The notes under the pieces: model-generated
Told to the model about the DNA's origin: nothing
What the model saw: the letters and a program-made list of their open reading frames with translations, nothing else
The model's database searches: none
Virus record (IMG/VR): IMGVR_UViG_3300044611_002008
Span: 1 to 64,000 of that record
Length of the DNA: 64,000 nt
Reading direction: 5' to 3' (one strand)
Source: an uncultured virus (IMG/VR IMGVR_UViG_3300044611_002008)
Lineage: Duplodnaviria > Heunggongvirae > Uroviricota > Caudoviricetes
Shown here: piece after piece, positions 9,084 to 19,973 of the stretch
Position numbering within the stretch: position 1 is the stretch's first letter
How the letters are laid out: every line of letters begins with the position of its first letter
Position numbers and translations under genes: made by a program

Positions 9084-11261
9084 ATGGCAGTTCAAACAAG
9101 AATTCAGGTTCGCAGAGGAACTTTATCGCAATGGAACACAGCCGCAGCAGTGGCTGGTCAAGGTATTTTATACCAAGGAGAAATTGGATACGAAACAGAT
9201 ACTGGTCGGTTTAAAATAGGAGATGGAACTACTGCTTGGGGTAGTTTGTCATATGCTAGTGTTCTACCTTCTAATTTTGTTGCTGGAAGCGGCATCTCTT
9301 TAACCCCAGGCCTAAACGGCAGCACTATGACTATTAGTCTTAGTGATCCAACCATACAAGTAGGAGATATAACAGATTTCGCCGAGGGCGTAGACGATAG
9401 AGTTGCGTCGCTACTACAAGCTGGAAATAATATCTCTTTAACTTATAATGATACTGCTGGTACTTTAACTATTAATAGTAGTCTTGGTTTAGAAGAAGTA
9501 CAAGACGCTATCGGAGCCCATATTGTCGGAGGCTCTGGTATTAGCGTTAACTATAATGACACTAGCGGCAATACAACCATTAGCTTGAGTGATCCTACTA
9601 TTCAAGCTGCTGATGTTACGGATTTTAGCGAGGCTGTAGATGATAGAGTATCTAATCTATTAACAGCTGGTTCTGGTATAGGTTTGACCTATGACGATAA
9701 TGCTAATTCTCTACAGGTTCGTGTCACTGGAATTCCTAGTAGTTTAATAACAAACTTTACATCTAGTGTTAATGATCTTATCGACGGAGCTGTTAGCACA
9801 AGTATTGTTGCTGGTAGCGGTGTTGATATTATTTATAATAGTGGCAACAATACGCTAAGTATTAGTAGCGCTTTAACTGCTGGTAGTGGTATTGCTCTTA
9901 CTCATTCTAGTGGAGCTTATGTCGTATCTCTAAGCGATCCTTCTATTCAGCTTGTGGATATTACAGATATGACCACAGCAGTTAGAAACTTTTTAACAAC
10001 ACCATCTAGTGCTAATTTAGGATCTTTAGTTAGCGACGAAACGGGCACGGGCTCGCTAGTATTTGCTAATAATCCTACTATGAGCGGGGTGACAGTCAAT
10101 GGAAATCTTACTGTTAGTGGTAGTGGTCTAGTTGCTAGTAATATAAATAACTTTGACTCTCAAGTAAGAACCAGTCGTTTGGACCAAATGGCTGTTCCAA
10201 CAACCAGCGTGTCTCTGAATAGTCAAAGAATTACTAGTTTGGCCGATCCTGTTGCTGACCAAGATGCTGCAACAAAAGCTTATGTTGATGCTGCTCGCAG
10301 CGGATTGGACGTAAAACAAAGTGTTAGGGTGGCTACTACCGTAGCATTGACTCAAGAAGGAGAGCTTTCTTCTGTTTTTGCAAATTCTGGAGGAGCGGGC
10401 AATGGTAGTGGTTCCGGATCAGGATTTTTTATAATTGATGGAGTATCATTGAATGTTGGTGATAGGGTGTTAGTTAAAAATCAATCAGATGCTACAAAAA
10501 ATGGTATTTATAATGTTACTCCAAGCCCCACATATTCTGGACAGCAAATACTATCAAGGGCGCCAGATGCCAATAGTGATGCTGAAGTTACCGCTGGTAT
10601 GTTCGTATTTGTTACAGAAGGTACTGTCAATGCCGATAGTGGTTGGGTACTTACAACAAATGATACTATTACGCTTGGAACAACAGCTCTAACTTTTGCT
10701 CAATTCTCTGGTGCTGGTCAGATTACTGCTGGTGCTGGTATGGTCAAGAGCGGCAATACTCTAGATGTTGGTACTGCCAGTACTAGTCGAATTGTTGTAA
10801 ACGCAGACAATATTGATCTTGCTACAGTTACTCAGTCTGATGGTAGCGGATCAGCAGGCTCTACATTTGTTCAATCTGTTACTAGAGATAGTTATGGTAG
10901 AGTCACAGGAGTCACAACAGCGGCCGTGCAAGACGCAACAACTTCGGTTAAAGGTATTGCTAGTTTTGATACCGGAGACTTTAGCGTTAGCGGCGGTGCT
11001 GTTAGTATTAAAACCGGAGGTGTCGATAATAGTCAGCTTGCTAATAGTTCTGTCACAGTTGGCTCAACCAGTATCAGCCTTGGTGGATCAGCTACTACAA
11101 TAGCTGGTTTAACTAGTGTGTCTAGCACGAGTTTTACCGGGGCTTTGACTGGCAATGCTAGTACGGCTACAACTCTTCAAACAGCAAGGACTATTAACGG
11201 AACTAGTTTTAACGGTTCTGCTAATATTGAAATAGCGTTTGTAGACGGAGGAACTCCATGA
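9084..11261 (+). CDS. Fibre protein with Mtd_N-like N-terminus
   Basis: IQVRRGT...GEIGYETDTGRFKIGDG N-terminal domain, repeated DDRVxxLLxAGxxIxLxYxD units, DAATKAYVD / GDRVLVKNQ domain, C-terminal DGGTP. Confidence 0.8.
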   Translation: MAVQTRIQVRRGTLSQWNTAAAVAGQGILYQGEIGYETDTGRFKIGDGTTAWGSLSYASVLPSNFVAGSGISLTPGLNGSTMTISLSDPTIQVGDITDFAEGVDDRVASLLQAGNNISLTYNDTAGTLTINSSLGLEEVQDAIGAHIVGGSGISVNYNDTSGNTTISLSDPTIQAADVTDFSEAVDDRVSNLLTAGSGIGLTYDDNANSLQVRVTGIPSSLITNFTSSVNDLIDGAVSTSIVAGSGVDIIYNSGNNTLSISSALTAGSGIALTHSSGAYVVSLSDPSIQLVDITDMTTAVRNFLTTPSSANLGSLVSDETGTGSLVFANNPTMSGVTVNGNLTVSGSGLVASNINNFDSQVRTSRLDQMAVPTTSVSLNSQRITSLADPVADQDAATKAYVDAARSGLDVKQSVRVATTVALTQEGELSSVFANSGGAGNGSGSGSGFFIIDGVSLNVGDRVLVKNQSDATKNGIYNVTPSPTYSGQQILSRAPDANSDAEVTAGMFVFVTEGTVNADSGWVLTTNDTITLGTTALTFAQFSGAGQITAGAGMVKSGNTLDVGTASTSRIVVNADNIDLATVTQSDGSGSAGSTFVQSVTRDSYGRVTGVTTAAVQDATTSVKGIASFDTGDFSVSGGAVSIKTGGVDNSQLANSSVTVGSTSISLGGSATTIAGLTSVSSTSFTGALTGNASTATTLQTARTINGTSFNGSANIEIAFVDGGTP

Positions 11262-14200
11262 CCAGTTTTCGAATAAAATCTGATAAAATATTTTTTCGAA
11301 ACGGTATCAAAACAGCTTTTCGTTCCATTCCGGATCCTCCAACAGAAGTTACAGGTTCTTCTGGCAACAATTCTATATCGTTGGTTTGGACAGCGCCGGA
11401 GTTTAGCGGCACTAGTCCTATAACCGACTATATAGTTCAGTATAGCTCTGATAATGGAGGTTCTTGGACTACGGTATCAAAACCAGTATCTACCTCAACT
11501 TCTTTATTAGTTTCGGGACTAGTAAATGCACAAGATTATCTTTTTCGTGTAGCGGCCGTCAATCAGGTTGGTACCAGTTCTTATTCGATAAACAGTAATA
11601 GTTTAGCTCCATTTAATTATGATCCTAATAAATTAGTTTTAGTATACGATACCAGCAAAGAGTCTGTTAATAATACTATCACGCTTCATGTTAATGGTAC
11701 TTCGCCAAATATTTTAGTAGATTGGGGAGACGGAACGTCTTCTACTTATACAGCCACAGGGACTCAAACTAAGACATATACATCTCCAGGTATATATGTA
11801 GTACAGATTAGTGGTTCTATGACTAGGTTTGGAACATCTCTTGATGGTTCTTCGCCCACAGCGGTAGTCAATATTTCATCAAACAGAAATAGACGAAAGC
11901 TTGTCAGATGTTTGTCTTTTGGAAATATAGGTATTACGAGTCTTTCTTCCTGTTTTCTAAACTCCATAAATCTAATACAAGTCCCATTGAGCATCCCATC
12001 TGCTGTAAGCAATATGTCCAGTATGTTTAAGGGTTGTACGTCTTTTAATCAGCCTATTGGTATGTGGAATGTATCTAATATTACAAATATGACTGATTTG
12101 TTTGTTAACGCTTCGTCTTTTAACAGATCCTTGAATTCTTGGGACGTATCTAAGCTTACGAATGCATATTTTATATTTAATAATGCTCTCGCTTTTAATC
12201 AGCCATTAAATAAATGGGATTTGTCGTCAGTCGTAGACGCTATATATATGTTAGATAATGCAAGAAGTTTTAATCAGCCAATAGAAGACTGGAATATTTC
12301 AAATTTGTATAATACTCAAGACTTACTAAGAGACAATATTTCGTTTAATCAATCCTTAGCCGCTTGGCCTATTTATGGGTTTGATGTTAATACATATTTC
12401 AATTTTAGTAATATTCCTATCGATATAGAAAACTATAGTAGAACTTTGATTGGCTGGGCTAATTTTGTTAATGATAATGGAGGCGCTCCAACAGGAGTAA
12501 GCTTATTATCTAATAATAGAAAATATCATGATATAGAATATACTTTTGATATGCCTAAATATAGACCTTTTTGGAAAGAAAATAATCTCAGTATTACCGG
12601 TGGAGTTGGAGCTGTAGCATATGGAAATGGTCGTTCCGTAGGAGTAGGAGCCAATACAGTAGTAGTATCTGATGATGGCATATCGTGGACTAATAAAACT
12701 ATTTCTCAACAAAACTGGGCCGATATAGCTTATGGCAATGGTGTGTTTGTGGCAGTATCTAGGGTTGACTATCCTTTCTTTGGGGGCGTGGTTTCTGAGC
12801 CTACAATTATAAGATCTGTAGACTTTGGAGAAACATGGATTGCGGCGACCCAATCTCCTAATATGCGTATGATTGGAGTATGCTATGACGGTAGTCGTTT
12901 TATTGGTGTCGGTACCACATTTGGTCCCACCTCTCTATATGGCATTAGTTATATATTAGAGATTTTTAGTTCATTAGATGGTAATAGTTGGACAAAAATA
13001 AGCGATATTACAGCTAGTGCCGGAGCTCGCTGTAATAGAATACGATATTTAAATGGGGCTTACTATGTTTTAGATAGTATACATGGTAGGCTTTTTAGAT
13101 CAATAGATGCTATTTCATGGACACAGCTAACCACATCTAATTCTACAGATGCTAACTGGTACGATATTGCTTTTGGCAATAACGTATTGGTAATGGTTGG
13201 AGGAGGAAATAGCTCCTACAACACAGCAGTATCCACTGACGGCATTAATTGGCAAACCTATAAAGGGGCCGACGATTCCCCAGATTTTTTTTGGTATAGC
13301 GTTATATATGCTAACGGTCTTTTTATTAAATGCGGATACACGGGATTAGCATATAGCAGAGATGGCAAGGATTGGATCAGATTTCCGTTTAAGAAAAACA
13401 ATGAATGGTATACTCCAGGCTATCATGCTAATGCTAATAGATTTTTTGTTTTCGGATCTGATAATTTGTACGCATATTCTTCTAATACAGGCAAATATAT
13501 TTCAGCTAGCGCAGCAAGAAATTATTTAACTGCGCCAATAGCAAATGGAGGTGCCGGATGGTCTATTACCGGAGATGTATCAGCAAACGAATTAGTAGTC
13601 ATCGCCAATAAAATATTAAGACAAACGGTACCAGCATCCACGACCAATGTCGTAGTCAAAGACTCTAATTATACGCGACAAACCAATGGAGAATTTGAAA
13701 CAGACTATGACGTAAGATTACTTAAAAATGGAGATACTCCAGTTAGTGGAATATTAGTAAGCAATAATACTAATGTTATTACTAACCCAGTTCCTGCTTC
13801 TGGTGGTCTAGCCTCATTTGTTTTTCCTGGCGTGACAAAAATAACCGGAACAGACTCCTCCGGCGCTACGGCTTCTGTACAAGTAGTCACAGAAAGAATA
13901 CAGGGTTCTGTGGTTGATACTTTTTCGTCATTCGTTAATGGTACAACTGCGCACAATATATCGTCTACAGTAGATACGTTATTAGCAGGTAAAACAGCTT
14001 CGAGTTCTATTAGAAGATTTTCCGCTCAAAATCATACCACAAATCCTCCAAGCTATCCTTCCAATGCTTCGTTTTGGGCTTCTGCTCTTAATTTTAGTTG
14101 TTGTTCTGTTTGGAATTCTACAGGACTAAATACGATGGGTGGGACACTTATTAGTCCAAGGCACATACTATTTGCTGCTCACTACCAAATCAATACAGGA

Positions 14201-14728
14201 GCAATCGTTAGATTTATAGATAGTTCTGGTAATGTCGTTAATAGAACTATGGTTAATAAATTAGTACATCCAGATTACAAACCCTATTATCCTGATATAG
14301 CTATAGGAGTTCTAGATTCAGACGTGCCAGCAACAGTATCTTTTGCTAAGGTATTACCGACCAATTGGGCCTCTTATTTACCTAATATTTCTTATGCTGC
14401 TAGAGTGCCAATAATCATTGTGGATCAAGAAGAGAAAGCATTAGTCGGAGATATTGTTTCAGTATCTAATTCTCTAACTATAGCAGAGCCCGTAAACTCT
14501 CAAAGATTAGCGTTTTGGGAATCTATTATTACTGGTGATTCTGGCAGCCCAGGGTTCGTTGTTATTAATAACGAATTGGTTTTGGTTACGGTCCTAACGT
14601 ATGGAGGACTATTTACTTCTGGTACTTTTCTTGTTCCTCACATTAGTGCTATTAATACAATGATGAATACTTTAGGTGGAGGATATCAATTATCTACAGC
14701 TAATTTAACAGGATTTCCAAGTTTCTAA
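11258..14728 (+). CDS. Multidomain virion protein: FN3, PKD-like, BspA/DUF285 repeats, beta-propeller, trypsin-like serine protease
   Basis: FN3 (PDPPT...LVWTAP...YLFRVAAVNQVG), FNQPIxxWxVS repeats, SxDGxxW propeller repeats, protease motifs TLISPRHILFAAHY / DIAIG / GDSGSP. Confidence 0.8.
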   Translation: MTSFRIKSDKIFFRNGIKTAFRSIPDPPTEVTGSSGNNSISLVWTAPEFSGTSPITDYIVQYSSDNGGSWTTVSKPVSTSTSLLVSGLVNAQDYLFRVAAVNQVGTSSYSINSNSLAPFNYDPNKLVLVYDTSKESVNNTITLHVNGTSPNILVDWGDGTSSTYTATGTQTKTYTSPGIYVVQISGSMTRFGTSLDGSSPTAVVNISSNRNRRKLVRCLSFGNIGITSLSSCFLNSINLIQVPLSIPSAVSNMSSMFKGCTSFNQPIGMWNVSNITNMTDLFVNASSFNRSLNSWDVSKLTNAYFIFNNALAFNQPLNKWDLSSVVDAIYMLDNARSFNQPIEDWNISNLYNTQDLLRDNISFNQSLAAWPIYGFDVNTYFNFSNIPIDIENYSRTLIGWANFVNDNGGAPTGVSLLSNNRKYHDIEYTFDMPKYRPFWKENNLSITGGVGAVAYGNGRSVGVGANTVVVSDDGISWTNKTISQQNWADIAYGNGVFVAVSRVDYPFFGGVVSEPTIIRSVDFGETWIAATQSPNMRMIGVCYDGSRFIGVGTTFGPTSLYGISYILEIFSSLDGNSWTKISDITASAGARCNRIRYLNGAYYVLDSIHGRLFRSIDAISWTQLTTSNSTDANWYDIAFGNNVLVMVGGGNSSYNTAVSTDGINWQTYKGADDSPDFFWYSVIYANGLFIKCGYTGLAYSRDGKDWIRFPFKKNNEWYTPGYHANANRFFVFGSDNLYAYSSNTGKYISASAARNYLTAPIANGGAGWSITGDVSANELVVIANKILRQTVPASTTNVVVKDSNYTRQTNGEFETDYDVRLLKNGDTPVSGILVSNNTNVITNPVPASGGLASFVFPGVTKITGTDSSGATASVQVVTERIQGSVVDTFSSFVNGTTAHNISSTVDTLLAGKTASSSIRRFSAQNHTTNPPSYPSNASFWASALNFSCCSVWNSTGLNTMGGTLISPRHILFAAHYQINTGAIVRFIDSSGNVVNRTMVNKLVHPDYKPYYPDIAIGVLDSDVPATVSFAKVLPTNWASYLPNISYAARVPIIIVDQEEKALVGDIVSVSNSLTIAEPVNSQRLAFWESIITGDSGSPGFVVINNELVLVTVLTYGGLFTSGTFLVPHISAINTMMNTLGGGYQLSTANLTGFPSF

Positions 14729-14745
14729 AATAGGAATTTATTTTG

Positions 14746-15471
14746 ATGACTAATTTTTCAAGCACAATACGTAATGGCCTAAGAATAGTTGGCGGTGTGG
14801 CGAAGATTAGAACAGCAGAATCTAAAGTCCTATATTACTTTGGTACTAGTAGTGATTGGAATAATTTAAATAATTGGTGGCTTAATGAACAGAATACTAT
14901 TCCATCTAGTCATTTGCCACGTAGTATTGATAGCGTGATACTGAAAACATCATGTTTGACTAACAGCGGTAATGCTCCAACAGTTGTGGATCTAACAATG
15001 AATAATAATACTCTGGGTATTGTTGCCACTGTGACCGGAACTGCCTCTTTTATAAATAACTCAAGACTTGGCGCTGCTGGTACTATCAATGGAAGCGCAG
15101 CTTTTAGTAACACTGCAAGAAATCAAGGGACTGTTAACGGCGATGCTATTTTTAATGGTAATTCGTATAACATGGACTATGTAAACGGTAGTGCTTCTTT
15201 CAATGATACTTCTATCAACTATTTTGGAGTTGTAACAGGAAATGCTGTTTTTAAAAATAGTTCAGTCAACCAATCAGGCGATGTCTACGGGAGCGCTACT
15301 TTTAATGGCAACTCACAGAATACGGGCGCAGTTTATGGTAATGTTGTCTTTAATGACAGTTCTTATAATACAATAGGCGGATATATTGGAGGAAATGCTA
15401 TATTTGCTAATACGTCTTATAATTGTGGTACTGTCAATGGTTCTATAAGCGGTAATCCTCTGACTTGTTAA
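14746..15471 (+). CDS. Beta-solenoid repeat protein
   Basis: About ten 11-12 aa repeats of GxVxGxAxFNxxSxN after a WNNLNNWW...P..IDSV cap. ATG at 14746; ORF track starts at TTG 14743. Confidence 0.7.
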   Translation: MTNFSSTIRNGLRIVGGVAKIRTAESKVLYYFGTSSDWNNLNNWWLNEQNTIPSSHLPRSIDSVILKTSCLTNSGNAPTVVDLTMNNNTLGIVATVTGTASFINNSRLGAAGTINGSAAFSNTARNQGTVNGDAIFNGNSYNMDYVNGSASFNDTSINYFGVVTGNAVFKNSSVNQSGDVYGSATFNGNSQNTGAVYGNVVFNDSSYNTIGGYIGGNAIFANTSYNCGTVNGSISGNPLTC

Positions 15472-15550
15472 TTAATAGATAAAAATAAAAGCATGCCACT
15501 TGTTCTAAAGCTGATTGATTTTATATATAATAATACAATGAAAGTTTTTT

Positions 15551-16927
15551 ATGCCAGCTAATACAACCATAACTTTACGAAAAGGAACAGCTTCGTTATG
15601 GAGTTCTACCAATCCTGTATTGGCTAGTGGAGAGCCTGGATATGATGTTACTAATAATATCTTAAAAATTGGTAACGGTATTAATAACTGGAATTCTTTG
15701 TCTAGTATTAATCCTAGAACAATTAAAGAAACTATCATATTAAATAGTCCTAGCGGCACTTTTAATGTTTCTGGCGGATATACGGTTGGTACTCTAGATA
15801 TATTTTTAAATGGTATTAAACTATCTCAATATGGAGACTATACCGCCAATGACGGATCCACATTTTCTTTAACAGATATTGCTCCCAGCGGGTCTGTTAT
15901 AGAGTATATGGCGGTTTCGCCTACTATTACCGATTTTTCTTTTCTAAGCTATAATGATTTTGCGGCCAATGTCAGCGGATTATTACCCGTTAAAAATATT
16001 TTAGCAGGGCCGAACGTATCTATTACTAATAGTAGTGGTAATTATTCTATTGGAGTTAGTGGGAGTTTAGGACTTACCACAGAAGAAGTAGATGACAGAG
16101 TAGCTTCTCTTCTGGTGGCAGGAACAGGCATAAATATTAATTATGATGATGTTAATAATAGTTTAATAGTAAGCTCAGAAAATTATTATGGAGCCAATAG
16201 AGGTACTATTAATGTTACTTCTAACACTTCGTCTTTTAATGTTCCTGGTGGATATACCGCTGGCGCCTTCGATCTATTTCTTAACGGAGTTAAACTAGTT
16301 AATGATATAGATTTTACAGCAACCAATGGGTACTCGTTCAGCACAATATCCCCGATACCTTCTGGTAGCGTATTGGAATATATTAGTTTGACCCTTGCTA
16401 ATCCATTACATATTGCTACCGATCAATATAGCGCCGAAATTAGTAGAGATATTATTAGTGTCACGGGTTCATTGAGTACTATTAATATAGTCGGCGGATA
16501 TGATGTAGGTGGTTTAGATATATATAAAGATGGATTAAAATTAATTAAAAACGCCCAGTATACGGCCAACGATGGGGCTACTGTTACGCTTAATACGCCA
16601 GCCGCCTCTGGATCGGTAATCGAGTATGTGTCTTTTATTTCGGGTAAAGCTAGAAGAAGCATAAATACTATATCGGCGTCAACTACCGCTGGCACCACAC
16701 CACAAACAGATTATATTTATGTAGCGACAGCACCGGGTGTCACCGTCACGATGCCATCGGCTGTTGATAATAATAATAGGTATACTATTAAAAATTTAAG
16801 TAATGGAACAATCAACGTAATACCACAAAGTGGACAAACTATAGACAATCAGTCTATTATTGCTATAATAAATCAATACGTTTCTATTGATCTGGTCAGT
16901 AATAGTCAAAACTGGATCATTATTTAA
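15551..16927 (+). CDS. Fibre protein with Mtd_N-like N-terminus and three internal repeats
   Basis: ITLRKGT...GEPGYD...LKIGNG N-terminus, three copies of GGYxxGxxDxxxxGxKL...TAxxG...SGSVxEY, C-terminal TVTMP...GQTID...NWIII fibre domain. Confidence 0.78.
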   Translation: MPANTTITLRKGTASLWSSTNPVLASGEPGYDVTNNILKIGNGINNWNSLSSINPRTIKETIILNSPSGTFNVSGGYTVGTLDIFLNGIKLSQYGDYTANDGSTFSLTDIAPSGSVIEYMAVSPTITDFSFLSYNDFAANVSGLLPVKNILAGPNVSITNSSGNYSIGVSGSLGLTTEEVDDRVASLLVAGTGININYDDVNNSLIVSSENYYGANRGTINVTSNTSSFNVPGGYTAGAFDLFLNGVKLVNDIDFTATNGYSFSTISPIPSGSVLEYISLTLANPLHIATDQYSAEISRDIISVTGSLSTINIVGGYDVGGLDIYKDGLKLIKNAQYTANDGATVTLNTPAASGSVIEYVSFISGKARRSINTISASTTAGTTPQTDYIYVATAPGVTVTMPSAVDNNNRYTIKNLSNGTINVIPQSGQTIDNQSIIAIINQYVSIDLVSNSQNWIII

Positions 16928-16929
16928 TT

Positions 16930-16946
16930 GGTGTATTTTATCTTTG
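16930..16946 (+). promoter_or_regulatory. GGTGTA upstream motif
   Basis: GGTGTATTTTATCTTTG just after the stop at 16927, 47 bp before the ATG at 16977. Confidence 0.55.
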
Positions 16947-16976
16947 TGGTCTTTCAACTCTTTAAATAGGCTAATT

Positions 16977-17318
16977 ATGGCATATATCATAGGAAATAAT
17001 CAAAACGGCCAAAACAATAATGCCAACAGCGCACCTGTTACTATTTCTAGCGACCAGATAAGTAATAATCAATTAGCTAGCGAAGAGGCATTAATTTTAC
17101 TTAGAAGAATGGTTAAGTTACTCGAAAGCAATGCTGTTGTAGATAGCGCTAATAGACAAAGAATGGTAGTAGATACTTTACCAACTTTGGCTACAGTTAA
17201 TACCGTGTCTACAGTAAGTAATATGGCTGCTATTGCTGGCCATGGACTTCAACAATTTGTAGATATAGCAAGAAACGCATATGCTAATGGAATCAGAAGC
17301 AAGCTAGATTTTTCATAA
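16977..17318 (+). CDS. Small virion-associated hypothetical protein (probable start 16977)
   Basis: In-frame ATG (MAYIIGNNQNGQ...) removes the overlap with the upstream gene; TVxTVxTV short repeats. Confidence 0.65.
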   Translation: MAYIIGNNQNGQNNNANSAPVTISSDQISNNQLASEEALILLRRMVKLLESNAVVDSANRQRMVVDTLPTLATVNTVSTVSNMAAIAGHGLQQFVDIARNAYANGIRSKLDFS

Positions 17319-17355
17319 CTAATTAATTCAAAATTTAAAATAATAGGAATTTAAA

Positions 17356-19956
17356 ATGACCTTAGTCAATACTCTTAGAACACAAGTAGACCTTCCAGTA
17401 TGGGAATGGCTGAGATTTGCTCCTGCTGCTTCTTCTGCCGTTAGTGCCTCGTGTTCAGCGGACAATAGCCTATATCACCCTAATCATGGCAGATACATAT
17501 ACTATCTTATAGGAACGAACAGCTTTTGGAGATATGACACTATTACAGATGCCTATCTACAGCTAGCAAATCCTCCCTATACGCCCACTACTGCCTCAAG
17601 TATGAGATTTGCTGGGGCTGTAGGGTACTATGGTCGTGTTATATCAGCTGGCGCTAATAATATGGTGTCATCGGCACATTATGGAGAAATTTTAAAAGGT
17701 TTTGATGTTCGCATCGTATCGGGCACAGGAGCAGGACAACAAAGAGTAATAACAGCTGTTTCCGATCCAGTAACTATAGACTCAGGTATTGCTACAGGTG
17801 TTTCATCCACAACTTCTTTGTTACAGATTACAGACTCTACCAAAAACTGGACAGCTAATCAATGGGTGGGATATCAGCTACGAATCACTTTTGGTTCTGG
17901 TATCAGTCAAGTGAGAAAAATATTATATAACAGTAATAATACATTAACGTTTGGTGACGTTAATTTATTTGCTACTAATCCATGGGACGCTATGGCTCCA
18001 TTAGGAACGGCTGTTTCTTCAACTGCTGGTTCTCAGACCGTATACTCTATTGAAAGTTCCACTATTACTGTTGATACCAACTGGGCTACACAGCCAGACG
18101 CTACATCTAGATTTATGGTACAGTCTGGTGGCGTGTTTTTATATACATATGCTACAGGCATTTCGGCTTATTATGATATTGCAGCAGATACGTGGTATTA
18201 TAGAAGTACTACGAACTTATCTAGCGGTACACCTACCGATCTCACCATAGAAAGACAAACCGAAAACTCTACAATATGGGAAAAGGGTGTCGCGACTTCA
18301 GGCACCACTACTACTTTAGTAGATAATACAAAACAATGGAAGGTTAATCAATTCGCCGGTTATTATGTTAGGATTTACACCGGTACTGGTGAGAATCAAT
18401 TGCGTCAGATAGTATCCAATACCGTGGATACTCTTACCTGGTCGGGATCTGGTACTTCCCCGGACTCGACCTCTAGATATCTTATAGAAGGACTAGACGC
18501 AGGAACCACGACTAGCGCTACTGCTACAGCGCTTGTTGATTCTACCAAATCGTGGGCGGTAGACAGATGGAAAAACATGTCTGTATATATTACATCTGGA
18601 TCAGGCGCGGGACAACAACGTAGTATTATATCCAATACCAGTACTACACTTACTGTGAGCCCCCCATGGAATACCAATCCAGATTCTACATCTACGTATA
18701 AAATACAAGGAGATTCTGATAAATTGTTCGTTATGTATGGTGGACAAGCTGCTGTGGTAGTTCATAATCTAGAACGAGATTCTATGTCTTATGGTAGAGA
18801 ATATGATAATGGTCTTTGTAGGAGCGGCTCCGCTAGATATGGTAGCGACTATGCCATTCCTATAACGTCAACGACCAGATCGGGAACTACCGCAACGGTC
18901 ACAACGGCAGTGCCTCACAACTTTAGAACTGGACAATCCATATCCCATCTTGGTGCCACAGGAGCAGATGCTGCGCTATATAATATTACAGCTAGCATAA
19001 CCGTTACCTCTACAACAACATATACTTATACAATGAGCGGTACTCCATCAGCTAATGCTGTGTTTAATACGATTTCAACGTCTGTTCTCGTAGATGCTGC
19101 TAAAAATTGGACAACTAATCAGTGGGCTGGTTATATTGTATATATGAACACCAATCAGACAAGTCCTGGAACAAGCACCAATACTGTACAAGCCTTTAGA
19201 ATAGCGTCTAATACAAGCAATACTTTAACTTTTCAAGCGGCTGGTACAGCCCCTGTTAATGGAGTATCTAGATATGTTATATCGACAGCTCCTGCTATCG
19301 GCGCGATAGATAGTGGTTTAGCCACAGGAACACAGAGTACTACTACTATACAGGACACCTCTAAGAATTGGGTAGTCAATATTTTCGCCGGTAGAAGAGT
19401 TAGATTTACCAGTGGTACGGGTATGAATCAAGAAGCCACTATATCATCTAATACAAGTAATACCTTGACCTTTTCAGCGGCTGTAACAACAGCAGCAGTA
19501 ACTGCGAATACTACTTATTCGATATTGGGCATACCAGCAAGAGGTGCGGGTATAGAGCTTAGCTGGAATCAGGGGTCTTCGGATCTTGCCAAAAGAGGCA
19601 GATTTATGTTTGTGGCTAGAGGTGGTGCCGCTTCTGGTTTTGATAGGCTTAACTTAAATACCGATACTTGGGATACTATAGTAGTTAGTCCACAATCAGA
19701 AACATTAACTACTGGTAGTATGTATATCTATGATGGACAAGATAGAATTTATTTTACTAAGGAAGCCACTTTAAGATGTTATTATTTAGATATAAATACT
19801 AATATAGTGCATGGGGCTGGTATCTACCCCTTCGTCGCTGGAACGGCTATCATAGGAAATAGAATGGAAATTTTTGAAACACCCGACCACTTGAAATATT
19901 TGTGGCTCAATAGACATTCTAATACTGAATGCTATAGATGTTTGTTATTTTATTAA
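17356..19956 (+). CDS. Kelch-like beta-propeller protein with inserted repeat domains
   Basis: Propeller-like blades at both ends (FWRYDTITDAY, FDRLNLNTDTW) and about six DxxKxWxxNxxxGxxVxIxxGxGxxQxRxIxSNT repeats. Confidence 0.7.
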   Translation: MTLVNTLRTQVDLPVWEWLRFAPAASSAVSASCSADNSLYHPNHGRYIYYLIGTNSFWRYDTITDAYLQLANPPYTPTTASSMRFAGAVGYYGRVISAGANNMVSSAHYGEILKGFDVRIVSGTGAGQQRVITAVSDPVTIDSGIATGVSSTTSLLQITDSTKNWTANQWVGYQLRITFGSGISQVRKILYNSNNTLTFGDVNLFATNPWDAMAPLGTAVSSTAGSQTVYSIESSTITVDTNWATQPDATSRFMVQSGGVFLYTYATGISAYYDIAADTWYYRSTTNLSSGTPTDLTIERQTENSTIWEKGVATSGTTTTLVDNTKQWKVNQFAGYYVRIYTGTGENQLRQIVSNTVDTLTWSGSGTSPDSTSRYLIEGLDAGTTTSATATALVDSTKSWAVDRWKNMSVYITSGSGAGQQRSIISNTSTTLTVSPPWNTNPDSTSTYKIQGDSDKLFVMYGGQAAVVVHNLERDSMSYGREYDNGLCRSGSARYGSDYAIPITSTTRSGTTATVTTAVPHNFRTGQSISHLGATGADAALYNITASITVTSTTTYTYTMSGTPSANAVFNTISTSVLVDAAKNWTTNQWAGYIVYMNTNQTSPGTSTNTVQAFRIASNTSNTLTFQAAGTAPVNGVSRYVISTAPAIGAIDSGLATGTQSTTTIQDTSKNWVVNIFAGRRVRFTSGTGMNQEATISSNTSNTLTFSAAVTTAAVTANTTYSILGIPARGAGIELSWNQGSSDLAKRGRFMFVARGGAASGFDRLNLNTDTWDTIVVSPQSETLTTGSMYIYDGQDRIYFTKEATLRCYYLDINTNIVHGAGIYPFVAGTAIIGNRMEIFETPDHLKYLWLNRHSNTECYRCLLFY

Positions 19957-19973
19957 ACATATAGGGAACTACT

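Noticed and set aside
15500..15540. Sigma70 promoter before 15551
   Set aside because: TATAAT is present in an AT-rich gap but there is no -35 hexamer at a workable spacing.
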